Shown here: positions 17,820-27,075 of the stretch, in pieces
Position numbering within the stretch: position 1 is the stretch's first letter
How the letters are laid out: every line of letters starts with the position of its first letter
Assembly (NCBI GenBank): GCA_016699935.1
Contig: CP064992.1
Coordinates: 720,001-752,000, forward strand
Direction: 5' to 3'
Origin: Candidatus Saccharimonadota bacterium
GTDB taxonomy: Bacteria > Patescibacteriota > Saccharimonadia > Saccharimonadales > UBA4665
DNA: 32,000 nt
The notes under the pieces: generated by a model
The model's database searches: none
What the model saw: the letters and a program-made list of their open reading frames with translations, nothing else
Told to the model about the DNA's origin: nothing
Position numbers and translations under genes: made by a program

Positions 17820-17859
17820 AAATAAACCTCTCGTGGTTAAAACCACGAGAGGTTTATTT
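17820..17859. terminator. Bidirectional intrinsic terminator between convergent genes
   Basis: A perfect 19-bp inverted repeat, aaataaacctctcgtggtt / aaccacgagaggtttattt, separated by 2 nt. It is flanked by an A-run upstream and a T-rich run downstream, so it works on both strands. Confidence 0.8.
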
Positions 17860-17869
17860 GTTAAATGTG

Positions 17870-18410
17870 TCAGTGTACTTTATTTTGCAGTTTTTCAGAG
17901 CTGGGGCCTTTGCCCAAATAGGCTGGTCGTAGCTGGAAGAGGATCCACCAGCCAATTGCAGTACCAATGAGCCCACCTATAAAAGAACCTGGGCCGCGAC
18001 CGTCTATAAAAAGCATTACAACTGAATACACAATATTCACGAGGCTAGCGTAAAAAGTAGATCCCATCCTCGCTTGGCTTTCTCTTTGAGCGGGCTATAT
18101 GCCATAAAGTAGATTATGGCAGTGACTATCGAGAAGCCGACCGCCAGCCAGACCCAAAGTGTCATATCGCTGGTGGCAACCGCTTTGCCACCGTATGCAC
18201 GGCTGAAATCATTGCCCACTTTACAACGGTATCTGCAGAATGTGCAAGTTGCCATAGCACTAATGCACTCCATGCTGTCAATACAGCGCCGACAAGAGTC
18301 AGGATGGGTGCGTATTGTACCAAAAAGTCATACAGACCCTTTGGCATTTTGGGCGCTTGCTTGCCAAACACATCATTAAGCTGTTTTTCCAAACCATTGA
18401 CATCCGCCAT
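17870..18410 (-). CDS. Hypothetical small membrane protein split into three ORFs by two frame breaks
   Basis: ORFs 18162..18410, 18037..18273 and 17870..18067 are consecutive on the minus strand and all hydrophobic. AAGGAGG SD 5 nt upstream of the ATG at 18410, with TGTACAAT further upstream. Confidence 0.55.
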
Positions 18411-18518
18411 CTCAACCTCCTTAGTTATGCTGGTATTGTACAGCTATTAATCGCTCGTATCGAGTAAGATATATCACAATCAGTAAACATTATTTTGGAG
18501 CCAGCATATTATTCGAAG

Positions 18519-19720
18519 CTAATCTGTACCCGTAAAATGCGTTATATTACTTTGCGGCGAAACTTGGTATAGGGCAGTTTTTGTTTGAACAAGCCCAAGA
18601 AATCCGTCGTATTGCGGCGATATCAAAGTATTGATGTCGTGTAGGTGCGACGAAAACAGCGCGGTTCTACCTAGATATTCTTTAAATGGGTTCCACCAAC
18701 GTGTAGCTCTGATTAATTCACTCTCTTGTATAATCCCAAGCCTACGCAGTAAGTTGGGCTGAGTTTCGCAAAGAATAGTGCTTAATCCTACTTCGTTGCC
18801 CGCTTCACGTAGAGCATTAAAATCGACGGATGTTGTTATATCATATTCGCCGGGTAGGTATTCAAGAATGTCACCTCTCATTTGCCTGCCAGATTGGTAT
18901 AGTCTTGGTGCAAATTGTCTTTGGGCTGAAGCAGGGTCAACCGAACTGAATCCGTAGTCAATAGTTATTACACTCCCAGCATCAAGCATTCGTGCAACAT
19001 TATGTTGCCAATGACGCAAGGTGGGAGAGGCGTTCACTACAACACCTTCAGGAACGGTGTCTAAGACCGAAAGGTAGAACGGATTGTATAGTTCGGGATC
19101 AAGCTTCATGTCAACTTCTACAAGGCGCTTATTTGCCCTATCTATACCCACACCAACTTCAATTATTTCACCGCCGATCCTCTTTATTCGGTGTACTGGA
19201 AAAGTGTCAGGTAGTTCATTTGATATGACCACTCCCATCATTCCGGATAGAGCTACATCTTCCGCAGACGCTTGATGCCACACTATACCCCTATCGCCAG
19301 TAGTATGTTGTTGCTTCTTAATCATTGCTTCGGAAACTTCAACTATTTGATACTGTAGTGCCTGCGCTAGCTCTGGATAAGAGAGTCTAAGCCTATCAAT
19401 TATGTGATTAGCCATAATTCCAGTACCCGCACCCATTTCCACAACATCGAAACAAGATGGCTCACCAAGTGCTACCCAAACATCATGTATTCCTCGTGCC
19501 AAAGTTCCTCCAAAATGGGGTGCTCGCCTGGTGCGGTTTTAAAATCGCCGCGTAAGTTGTCTATCTCGGCCTTACCGGCACCATAATAACCCCTTGGCGA
19601 CGTAAGACATACTTCCATATATTGGCTAAAAGGAATCGCACCATCAGGAGACGCATTTATACCGTCAACGATGATTTGCAGAAGGTCTTCTTTTTCAAGT
19701 TCCTGGATGGCGTTGGTCAT
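18519..19720 (-). CDS. MidA/NDUFAF7-like (DUF185) SAM-dependent methyltransferase; one frame break at 19512-19515
   Basis: Sequence reads IPFSQYMEVCLTSPRGYYG...GDFKTAPGEHPIFGGTLARGIHDVWVALGEPSCFDVVEMGAGTG once the A4 run (T4 in the sense strand) is read as 5 bases. Confidence 0.7.
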
Positions 19721-19728
19721 ACTAGTAT

Positions 19729-19793
19729 ATTATAACATAAAATCACTACTTGGTCACGTTATTCTATTTCAATGTAGGGTCTACTGGTATAAT
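19729..19793. promoter_or_regulatory. Divergent promoter pair: TATAAT (19729-19734, minus strand) 8 nt from the MidA-like ATG, and TGGTATAAT (19785-19793, plus strand) 7 nt from the HAD ATG
   Basis: Read directly on both strands. Neither gene has an SD sequence. Confidence 0.55.
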
Positions 19794-19800
19794 TTACCAT

Positions 19801-20429
19801 ATGCGGGCGGTGATTTTGATTTTGATGGGACTATTGCGGATAGCTTGCCGGCATTGCTACGGCTGTACGACGATGTGCATGGAAAGCCGGTCAAGCGTAC
19901 CCAAGAAGCAGTCGATAGCATGCGGAACAAATCGATGTACCAGATTGCCCGCGAAACGGGTTTGCCTATCTGGAAAATCGTCTGGTTGGCGGTGCGTGGG
20001 CGGCGCATGTTACGACGGCATTTACGAAGTATACGGGTGTATCCTGGGGTCGCTGAGCTTATTCGTGACCTCTATGAAGCTCGCGTTAAGCTCTTTGTGG
20101 TGAGCACGAACCACGGCGCAAACGTGCAGAAATATCTTGAGTGGCACGATCTTGACAGCTACTTCGACGGTATTTATGGTGGGGCTCACTTCTGGTCTAA
20201 GGCGAGTACTATGCGCCGTGTTATGAAGCGTGAAGGTCTCGATACGTCACAACTGTGGTGTGTAGGCGACGAAAAGGTTGACGTAGTCTCGGCTCGTGGG
20301 GCGGGGCTGCGAATTATTTCTGTGACGTGGGGCTACAGTAGTAAACATGGCCTGGAATTGCTGAAGCCAGATAAGCTAGTGACGACAGTAGATGATTTGC
20401 GGAAGGTTTTGAGCCAGTGGATGAAGTAG
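19801..20429 (+). CDS. HAD-superfamily hydrolase (phosphoglycolate-phosphatase-like); one frame break at T-run 19814-19817
   Basis: Reads MRAVIFDFDGTIADS (DxDGT motif I) if T4 is T5. Other motifs are VVSTN (motif II) and a VGDEKVDV motif IV-like element. Confidence 0.75.
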
Positions 20430-21772
20430 TCATTGGAAAACTTGTGCACGGTGGGCAGGGGCTCGGCACGTTACCCGATGGCCGGAAAGTGTTTGTATGG
20501 AATGCGCTGCCAGGTGAAACAGTACGGGTGCGTCTCATTAAGCAAAAACGCTCGTACGCCGAGGCGATAGCCGAGGCAATAGTAGTCGCCTCACCAGAAA
20601 GAATCGAGCCGCTTGAGGCAAACTATCTGGCGACAAGCCCGTGGCAGATGATGACGTTTGAGGCCGAAAACCGTTACAAAGCCGATATAGTCAAAGAGCT
20701 ATACACCCAGGCCAAACTAGATATTTCTCCTTTCATTGAAACTACTGTCTTAGAAAATGCAACCGGAAACGGCAAAATCACTTTGTCTCCCTCCGCGTTT
20801 GCATACCCACCTAGGGCTTCCCACTATAGGAATAAAATGGAGTATTCATTCTGGGGAGACGAAGACGGCCTGCACCTGGCGCTTCACCAGCGTGGCAGTC
20901 ACGGCAAACAAATAGTTTCGGGTAGCGCGCTGGCTTTGCCGGCGGTCGACGTGGCAGCCCGTGTGGTGCTAGCAGAACTGACGAGACTCAAGGTGAGGGC
21001 GGGCGACCTCAAAACGCTCGTTGTGCGTTGCGACCAGTATGGTGCTGCTGTCGCCGCGCTTTTTGTGAAACCAAGTAAATTCCCCAGATTAAAACTGCCA
21101 TCCCAGGCGAAACCATCATCCCAAAAGGACAGTTCTGTGAGTGAGGGTGGTGGCGGATTGAGGGGGCTGCGAGTGTATCATTCGAATCCGAAGTCACCGG
21201 CATCGGTTAGGACAAAACTGATATACGAGCTTGGTGATTGCGGGCTTGCAGATTCGCTACTCGGCAAAGTGTTCCACTACGATGTCGACAGCTTTTTTCA
21301 GGTGAATGTGCCGGTGTATGAGCAGGCGCTTGAGACTATTCGTACATACTGCCAGGGTGACCCAGTCGATATGTATGCTGGGGTAGGGACGATAGGACTG
21401 AGTGTGGCAAAAAAGCATGTGACGCTCGTAGAGTTGGATCCGGCAACTGCCGCTATGGCACGCCTCAATGCGTCAAGGACGGACCCTGACGCAAGGGTAG
21501 TTGAGGCATCGACCGAAAAGGCGCTCGAATACATTACTGCAGAGCAACCAGTTATTTTTGATCCTCCACGTGCTGGGTTGCATGCGTCAGTCGTCAAGCG
21601 TTGCTTAGAAGCAAAACCGCCGCAAATTATTTATCTAAGTTGCAATCCAGCCACCCAAGCGCGCGACTTGGCGCTGTTGCAGGCTGAGTACGCCGTAAAG
21701 CATTTCACTATTTTCAATTTTTTCCCACGTACCCCGCATATTGAGACCCTGGTAGTACTAGAATTCAGGTGA
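20417..21772 (+). CDS. TrmA/RumA-family class I SAM-dependent RNA (uracil-5) methyltransferase with an N-terminal TRAM-like domain
   Basis: Intact 451-aa ORF with the motifs FFQVN, DMYAGVGTIG, IFDPPRAGL and YLSCNPAT. Its start overlaps the HAD gene's stop. Confidence 0.8.
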   Translation: MDEVVIGKLVHGGQGLGTLPDGRKVFVWNALPGETVRVRLIKQKRSYAEAIAEAIVVASPERIEPLEANYLATSPWQMMTFEAENRYKADIVKELYTQAKLDISPFIETTVLENATGNGKITLSPSAFAYPPRASHYRNKMEYSFWGDEDGLHLALHQRGSHGKQIVSGSALALPAVDVAARVVLAELTRLKVRAGDLKTLVVRCDQYGAAVAALFVKPSKFPRLKLPSQAKPSSQKDSSVSEGGGGLRGLRVYHSNPKSPASVRTKLIYELGDCGLADSLLGKVFHYDVDSFFQVNVPVYEQALETIRTYCQGDPVDMYAGVGTIGLSVAKKHVTLVELDPATAAMARLNASRTDPDARVVEASTEKALEYITAEQPVIFDPPRAGLHASVVKRCLEAKPPQIIYLSCNPATQARDLALLQAEYAVKHFTIFNFFPRTPHIETLVVLEFR

Positions 21773-21780
21773 AATAAACG

Positions 21781-21808
21781 GGAACTCTTAACTCTGAACT
21801 CTTAACTC
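21781..21808 (+). repeat. Tandem heptamer array of the TTAACTC family (GGAACTC TTAACTC TGAACTC TTAACTC)
   Basis: Direct reading. It is followed by TG TATACT (21811-16), then gcctcc and the ATG at 21823. TTAACT at 21788-21793 lies exactly 17 nt upstream of the -10 box. Confidence 0.9.
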
Positions 21809-21822
21809 TGTATACTGCCTCC

Positions 21823-22612
21823 ATGAGTTATATGAGGGGGCGGTCACGGCCGTATGAGCCAGGGCAAACTGAGCCGTATAAAGTGAGTCGAAGCAAGATA
21901 GAGCTGTATATGCAGTGTCCACGCTGCTTCTGGCTCGATGTGCGGCACAAGATTACCCGGCCTAGCAGTCCGCCATTCAACATAAACAAAGCTATCGATG
22001 AGCTTTTCAAAAAAGAGTTCGATGTGTACCGCCAGAATGGCAAACCACACCCGCTTATGAAGCAATTTGGAGTCGATGCCGTTCCGTATACCCACAAAGA
22101 CCTCGATACGTGGCGGCATAACTTCACAGGGGTGACCACACTGCATGCGCCGACGAACCTACACGTATTCGGTGCCGTCGACGATGTGTGGGTAAACCCA
22201 GCGGGCGAGCTCATGGTGGTAGATTACAAGGCTACCGCAAAAGCGGAGCCGGTCAAAGCACTTGGCCCGGAGGGCGGTTGGCAAGACATGTACCGTCGCC
22301 AGATGGAGATTTACCAGTGGTTACTGCGCCAAAATGGGTTCTCGGTTAGCGACACAGGCTATTTTGTGTATGCCACGGGTAACCCCGGCAAAGATGCCTT
22401 CGATGGGATTGTCGAGTTTGAAACACACGTTTTCCTCACCACGGCACAAGCGACTGGGTAGAGCAAACATTGCTAGACATGAAACAGTGCATGGAAAGCG
22501 ATACAATGCCACCTGTCGGCACCGCAGCCATGGGCGGCACATGAATTTTTGCAGCTACGCTCGCTCTCGCACCGAGCTCACGCTTGCAGCCATCCAAAAC
22601 AAGAACTCTTAA
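21823..22612 (+). CDS. PD-(D/E)xK nuclease-family protein (Cas4/RecB-nuclease-like) with two frame breaks near 22455 and 22545
   Basis: Contains the N-terminal Cys pair YMQCPRCFW, the core GAVDDVWVNPAGELMVVDYKAT (D...D/E-x-K) and YRRQMEIYQWLL (QxxxY). After reconstruction the tail reads DWVEQTLLDMKQCMESDTMPPVGTAAMGG.C.FCSYARSR (CxxC). The stop lies inside the next heptamer array. Confidence 0.7.
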
Positions 22613-22643
22613 CTCTTAACTCTTAACTCTTAACTCTTAACTC
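22602..22643 (+). repeat. Tandem heptamer array: AGAACTC followed by (TTAACTC)x5
   Basis: Direct reading. It is followed by TG TATACT (22646-51), then actaatc and the ATG at 22659. TTAACT at 22623-22628 lies 17 nt upstream of the -10 box. Confidence 0.95.
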
Positions 22644-22658
22644 TGTATACTACTAATC

Positions 22659-23901
22659 ATGTTAGACATACAATTTATACGAGATAACGCTGAGCTGGTC
22701 GAGCGGAAGGCGCATGAAAAGGGCTACAATAACGTCGATGTGACGGCATTGCTTGCAACTGACGAAGCGCGGCGAGCGCAGTTAACGGCGGTCGAAGAGT
22801 TGCGGGCACAGCGCAATGCACTGACCGAATCGATGAAGGGTCAAAACCGACAGCAGAGCAGATAGAGCAGGGAAAGGCCCTAAAAGAAAAGATTGCCAAA
22901 ATAGAAAATGAGCTGAAAGTCACAGAGGAAAAATGGCAATCCCAGATGCAAATGGTGCCAAACCCAACGTTTGACGATGTGCCGCTAGGTGGCGAGGAAG
23001 ATAGTGTAGAGATTAAGCAAGTTGGCGCACAGAACAAGGGCGCCACAGACCACCTGGACTTCGCAGTCGCGCGCGACTGGGTTGATTTTGAGCGCGGAGC
23101 GAAGGTGGCTGGGGCGAAGTTCTACTACCTTAAGGGCGATCTCGCGTTGCTAGAAAACGCGATTACGCAGTTTGCACTCGATTTTGTACTCAAAAAGGCT
23201 TTACCTACATGACTGTGCCGCATATGGTGAATTCACGGGTGGCAATGGGGGCGGGTTTTTCTCCGCGCGGTGACGAAAGCGGCAATGAGTATTATGTCGA
23301 AGGCGAAGACTTAACGCTCATCGGCACCGCTGAAGCGCCACTGACTGGATACCATGCAGATGAAATTATCGGTGAAGATGCCTTGCCCTTGAAATATGTT
23401 GGTTACAGCCCATGCTACCGTCGCGAAGCAGGCACATACGGTAAGCACACGCGGGGCTATTCCGCGTACACCAATTCAATAAACTTGAGATGTATATTTT
23501 TGTGCACCAGAGCAGAGCCGAGACATGCACGAGTTTATCCTCGCGATCGAAGAAGAACTTTGGCAAGCGTTGGGCATACCGTATCATGTGGTTAATATTG
23601 CGTCGGGCGACCTGGGCGCGCCAGCGGCGAAGAAATATGATGTCGAGTACTGGTCGCCAGTAGATGAAAAGTACCGCGAGTTGACGAGCTGCAGCAACTG
23701 TACTGATTTTCAGGCACGCAATCTCAACATCCGTATTCGTCGTAAAGACGGCAAAGTTGAGGTGCTCCATACGTTAAATGGCACTGCTGTGTCGCTGGCT
23801 CGTTCACTTATCGCAGTCATTGAGCATTACCAACAGAACGTGGTACACTGAAGGTACCAGATGCATTGCGTCCATACATGGGCGGCAAAACTGAGCTATA
23901 A
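22659..23901 (+). pseudogene. serS: Seryl-tRNA synthetase, broken by about 5 frameshifts as assembled
   Basis: The fragments join as MLDIQFIRDNAELV..., ...VPLGGEEDSVEIKQVG, ...FYYLKGDLALLENAI..., TVPHMVN...LIGTAEAPLTGYH...[34 protein letters not shown]..., ...ASGDLGAPAAKKYDVEYW...ELTSCSNCTDFQARNLNIR...LNGTAVS and ...LKVPDALRPYMGGKTEL*. Confidence 0.9.
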
Positions 23902-23916
23902 ACTAAAAGGAGCTAT

Positions 23917-24272
23917 ATGATTCATACCGTCAGTGCGGAAGGTTTTGACCTGAGCCCAAAATTGCAGAAGTACGCCGCAGGCAAAATAAAAGATATCGAA
24001 AAATACATCCCGCGCAAGGCCCGCGAAGCTGCAGTACTCGCAGTCCATTTTAAAGAAAGTAAAAAGAGCCAGGAAAAAACCTGTACATTGGCGCTCGAGT
24101 TGCCGCACGGTACGCTAGCCTCTAAGAAACAACTACCCACATGTATGCTGCATTTGATATAGCAGTCGTTGAAATTCGCCGACAAATTGCTGATTACAAA
24201 GGTAAACATAGCACATATGGTTTACGTCATCGGCTGTTTCGCCGCGCAAAGCGTGAACAAGCAGTTGTCTGA
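23917..24272 (+). CDS. hpf: Ribosome hibernation promoting factor / RaiA family (short form); one frame break near 24123-24130
   Basis: Sequence MIHTVSAEGFDLSPKLQKYAAGKIKDIEKYIP... continues as ...ETTTHMYAAFDIAVVEIRRQIADYKGKH...* in the shifted frame. AAAGGAG SD. Confidence 0.75.
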
Positions 24273-24407
24273 AGTTTGTGTTACTTTCGCGTCAAAGTTT
24301 TTACCGAATTTGAAATATTTATGACATTTACTCTCGCATCCCCGAGGCAAACAGGGTACAATAGTTGGTGACTAATCTACAGGCTTTTAGGGAGGTGTAG
24401 CAAGCTT

Positions 24408-27007
24408 ATGAATAGAGTATTAAAACGTATCTTGGGTGACCCGCAAGCAAAGACCATTAAACGATTGCGTAAGCGCGTCAGGGTCATAAACGAACTTGCG
24501 CCCAAGTATGAAAAAATGACCGACAAACAGCTGCGCGAGCAAACAGACAAACTGCGAGCACGGCTCAAGAAAGAATCCCTGGATGGTATTTTACCCGATG
24601 CCTTCGCACTTGTGCGTGAGGCGGCGACGCGTACGCTCAAACAGCGTCACTACGATGTACAGCTTATCGGTGGTATGGTGCTCCACGAAGGTAATGTCAG
24701 TGAAATGAAAACTGGTGAAGGTAAGACGCTCGTTGCAACCGCACCAATGTTTTTGAATGCTCTTGGGGGCAAGGGTGCCCACCTCGTGACGGTGAACGAC
24801 TATCTTGCGCAGCGCGATGCCGGCTGGATGGGCCAGGTGTATCATTTCTTGGGCCTTTCGACCGCCGTTATTATGGCCGATCGATCATATCTGTACGACC
24901 CGAAATATGTGAACGAAGAACACGAAGACGAACGTTTTCGTCACCTGAGATCGTGCAGCCGTCAGGAAGCATACGCGGCAGATATAACCTATGGCACAAA
25001 CAATGAATTCGGCTTTGACTACCTACGCGACAACATGGTGCGCGAGACAGATCAGCTTCGTCAGCGCGAACTTAACTATGCTATCGTGGACGAAGTTGAC
25101 TCCATCCTTATAGACGAGGCGCGCACACCACTTATCATCAGTGCGCCGAGCGTTACCCCAGGGAATGCGTACGCACAGTTTGCAAAAACGGTGCTCCAGC
25201 TACTGCCAAGCACTATGAAGTCGACGAGAAGCGAAAAACGGTTGTGCTGAATGACTCTGGCGTGGACAAGATTGAAAAAGTGCTTGGGATTGAGAACTTA
25301 TACGGTAGTGATAATATTCGCACGCTGTACCACCTTGAGCAGGCGCTTCGGGCACAGACGCTCTTTAAACGAGACAAAGATTACGTGGTTACGAACGATG
25401 GAGAGATTGTCATCGTCGATGAATTTACTGGTCGCCTGCTTGCTGGACGTCGCTACAACGAAGGGCTACACCAGGCTATTGAGGCGAAAGAAGGTGTGGA
25501 AGTGCAGGAAGAGTCTATGACACTTGCAACCATTTCATTCCAGAATTACTTCCGTTTGTATGACAAGCTTTCCGGTATGACTGGCACGGCCTTAACAGAG
25601 AGCGAAGAATTCCATCAGATATACAAGCTTGATGTCGTGGAAATACCGGCTAACCGCCAAATAGTACGCAATGACCGCAGTGATCGCATCTACCGAAACG
25701 AATCGGCCAAGTTCAAGGCGATTGTTCGTGAGGTGAAAGAACTCTATCAAAAGGGTCAGCCGGTGCTCATCGGTACAGTTTCTATAGAAAAGAACGAAAA
25801 ACTTGGCGGTATGCTCACGAAGGCCGGGGTGCCGCATCAGGTACTGAACGCGAAGAATAATGAGCGCGAAGCGAAAATCGTCGCGAAAGCAGGTGAAAAA
25901 GGTGCGGTGACACTCGCGACAAACATTGCCGGCCGTGGAACAGACATTGTACTTGGTAAGGGAGTAAAGGAACTTGGCGGCCTGTTTGTAATAGGTAGTG
26001 AACGGCACGAATCACGGCGCATAGACAATCAGTTGCGTGGACGCGCTGGGCGTCAGGGCGATCCAGGGGCTACGCAATTCTACGTCAGTACCGAAGACGA
26101 CCTTATGCGCATATTTGGTGCAGAGCGAATTGGTCGAGTGCTTGACCGGCTCAAGGTTGATGAAGGTGTGCCTATCGAAAACCGTATGATTACCCGCAGT
26201 CTTGAAGCGGCACAAAAAAAGGTGGAAGGCTTTCACTTCGACCAGCGTAAAAATGTGGTCCAGTACGATGATGTGATGAACCGTCACCGTAAAGCTACCT
26301 ATGCGATGCGTAAGGAAGTATTGCGAGCAGAGGATATTAGCAAGCGAATAAAAGCGTATATAGAGGAAGAAATTAGTTTGCTCGCAGACTCACCATTGCG
26401 TTCGACAGAAGAATTTGAACCAGCAGTACAAGAACTATTACCTCTCGACGAAGCTGCGCTCGACCGTATTTTTTCTAAGACACAGGTTACTGTCAAACCG
26501 GTACTCATCGAGGAGGCGAAAGAGTTGTATGAAGGCCGTGAGAGTGCATTCACGTCCGAAATCATGCGAAAGGTCGAGCGTGATATTTACCTGCAAATCC
26601 TCGATAATCTTTGGATGCAACACCTCGAAAACATGGATCACTTGCGTGAAGGTATTGGTTGGATGAGCGTAGGACAGCGCGATCCACTGGTTGAATACCG
26701 TCGCCGCGGACAGATGATATTTGAACAAATGCAATACGCGCTTCGCCATGATGTCGTTCGTGCAATATTCCATGCAGAACCGATAGAAATGGACGAGTTG
26801 GATCGCCCGGTTGAAACTGAGCTGACACGTGCAGCACGTAGCTCTATTAGCAACGCTGGACAAATTTTGGACGATGAAAAACAGTTCGATGAAGAGGACT
26901 TTACTGGGGAGAAAAAACCATCCCAGGTGAAAGCGACATCCAAAGATCGTGCCAAAGCCAATAAACGTGAGCGTCAACGTAAGGCAAAAGCGAGGAAAAG
27001 GAAATAG
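24408..27007 (+). CDS. secA: Preprotein translocase ATPase SecA; one frame break near 25200
   Basis: Motifs [12 protein letters not shown] (Walker A), [18 protein letters not shown] and [10 protein letters not shown]. ORFs 24408..25250 and 25244..27007 join as ...[26 protein letters not shown]. The C-terminus is Lys/Arg-rich with no zinc-finger Cys motif. Confidence 0.95.
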
Positions 27008-27030
27008 GGCCTAAAGGGCAAAGGGCAAAG
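27007..27030 (+). repeat. Short heptamer array GGGCCTAAA GGGCAAA GGGCAAA G, the reverse complement of the CCTTTGC unit at 9780-9804
   Basis: Direct reading, immediately after the secA stop codon. Confidence 0.8.
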
Positions 27031-27075
27031 TCGGTTTGACTTAGCCTATAGTCCTTAAGCCCTATGCTTTGAACT

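Noticed and set aside
11886-22643. Heptamer arrays considered as CRISPR arrays or CRISPR remnants
   Set aside because: The units are 7 nt and directly abutting with no spacers. No cas genes are present and no repeat of 20 nt or more exists.
25592-26977. Many minus-strand ORFs (up to 179 aa) inside secA, with similar ones inside the M16 and prfB genes (27562..27954, 28218..28712)
   Set aside because: They lie opposite strongly recognisable genes and have no motifs. This is typical of antisense frames in moderate-GC coding DNA.
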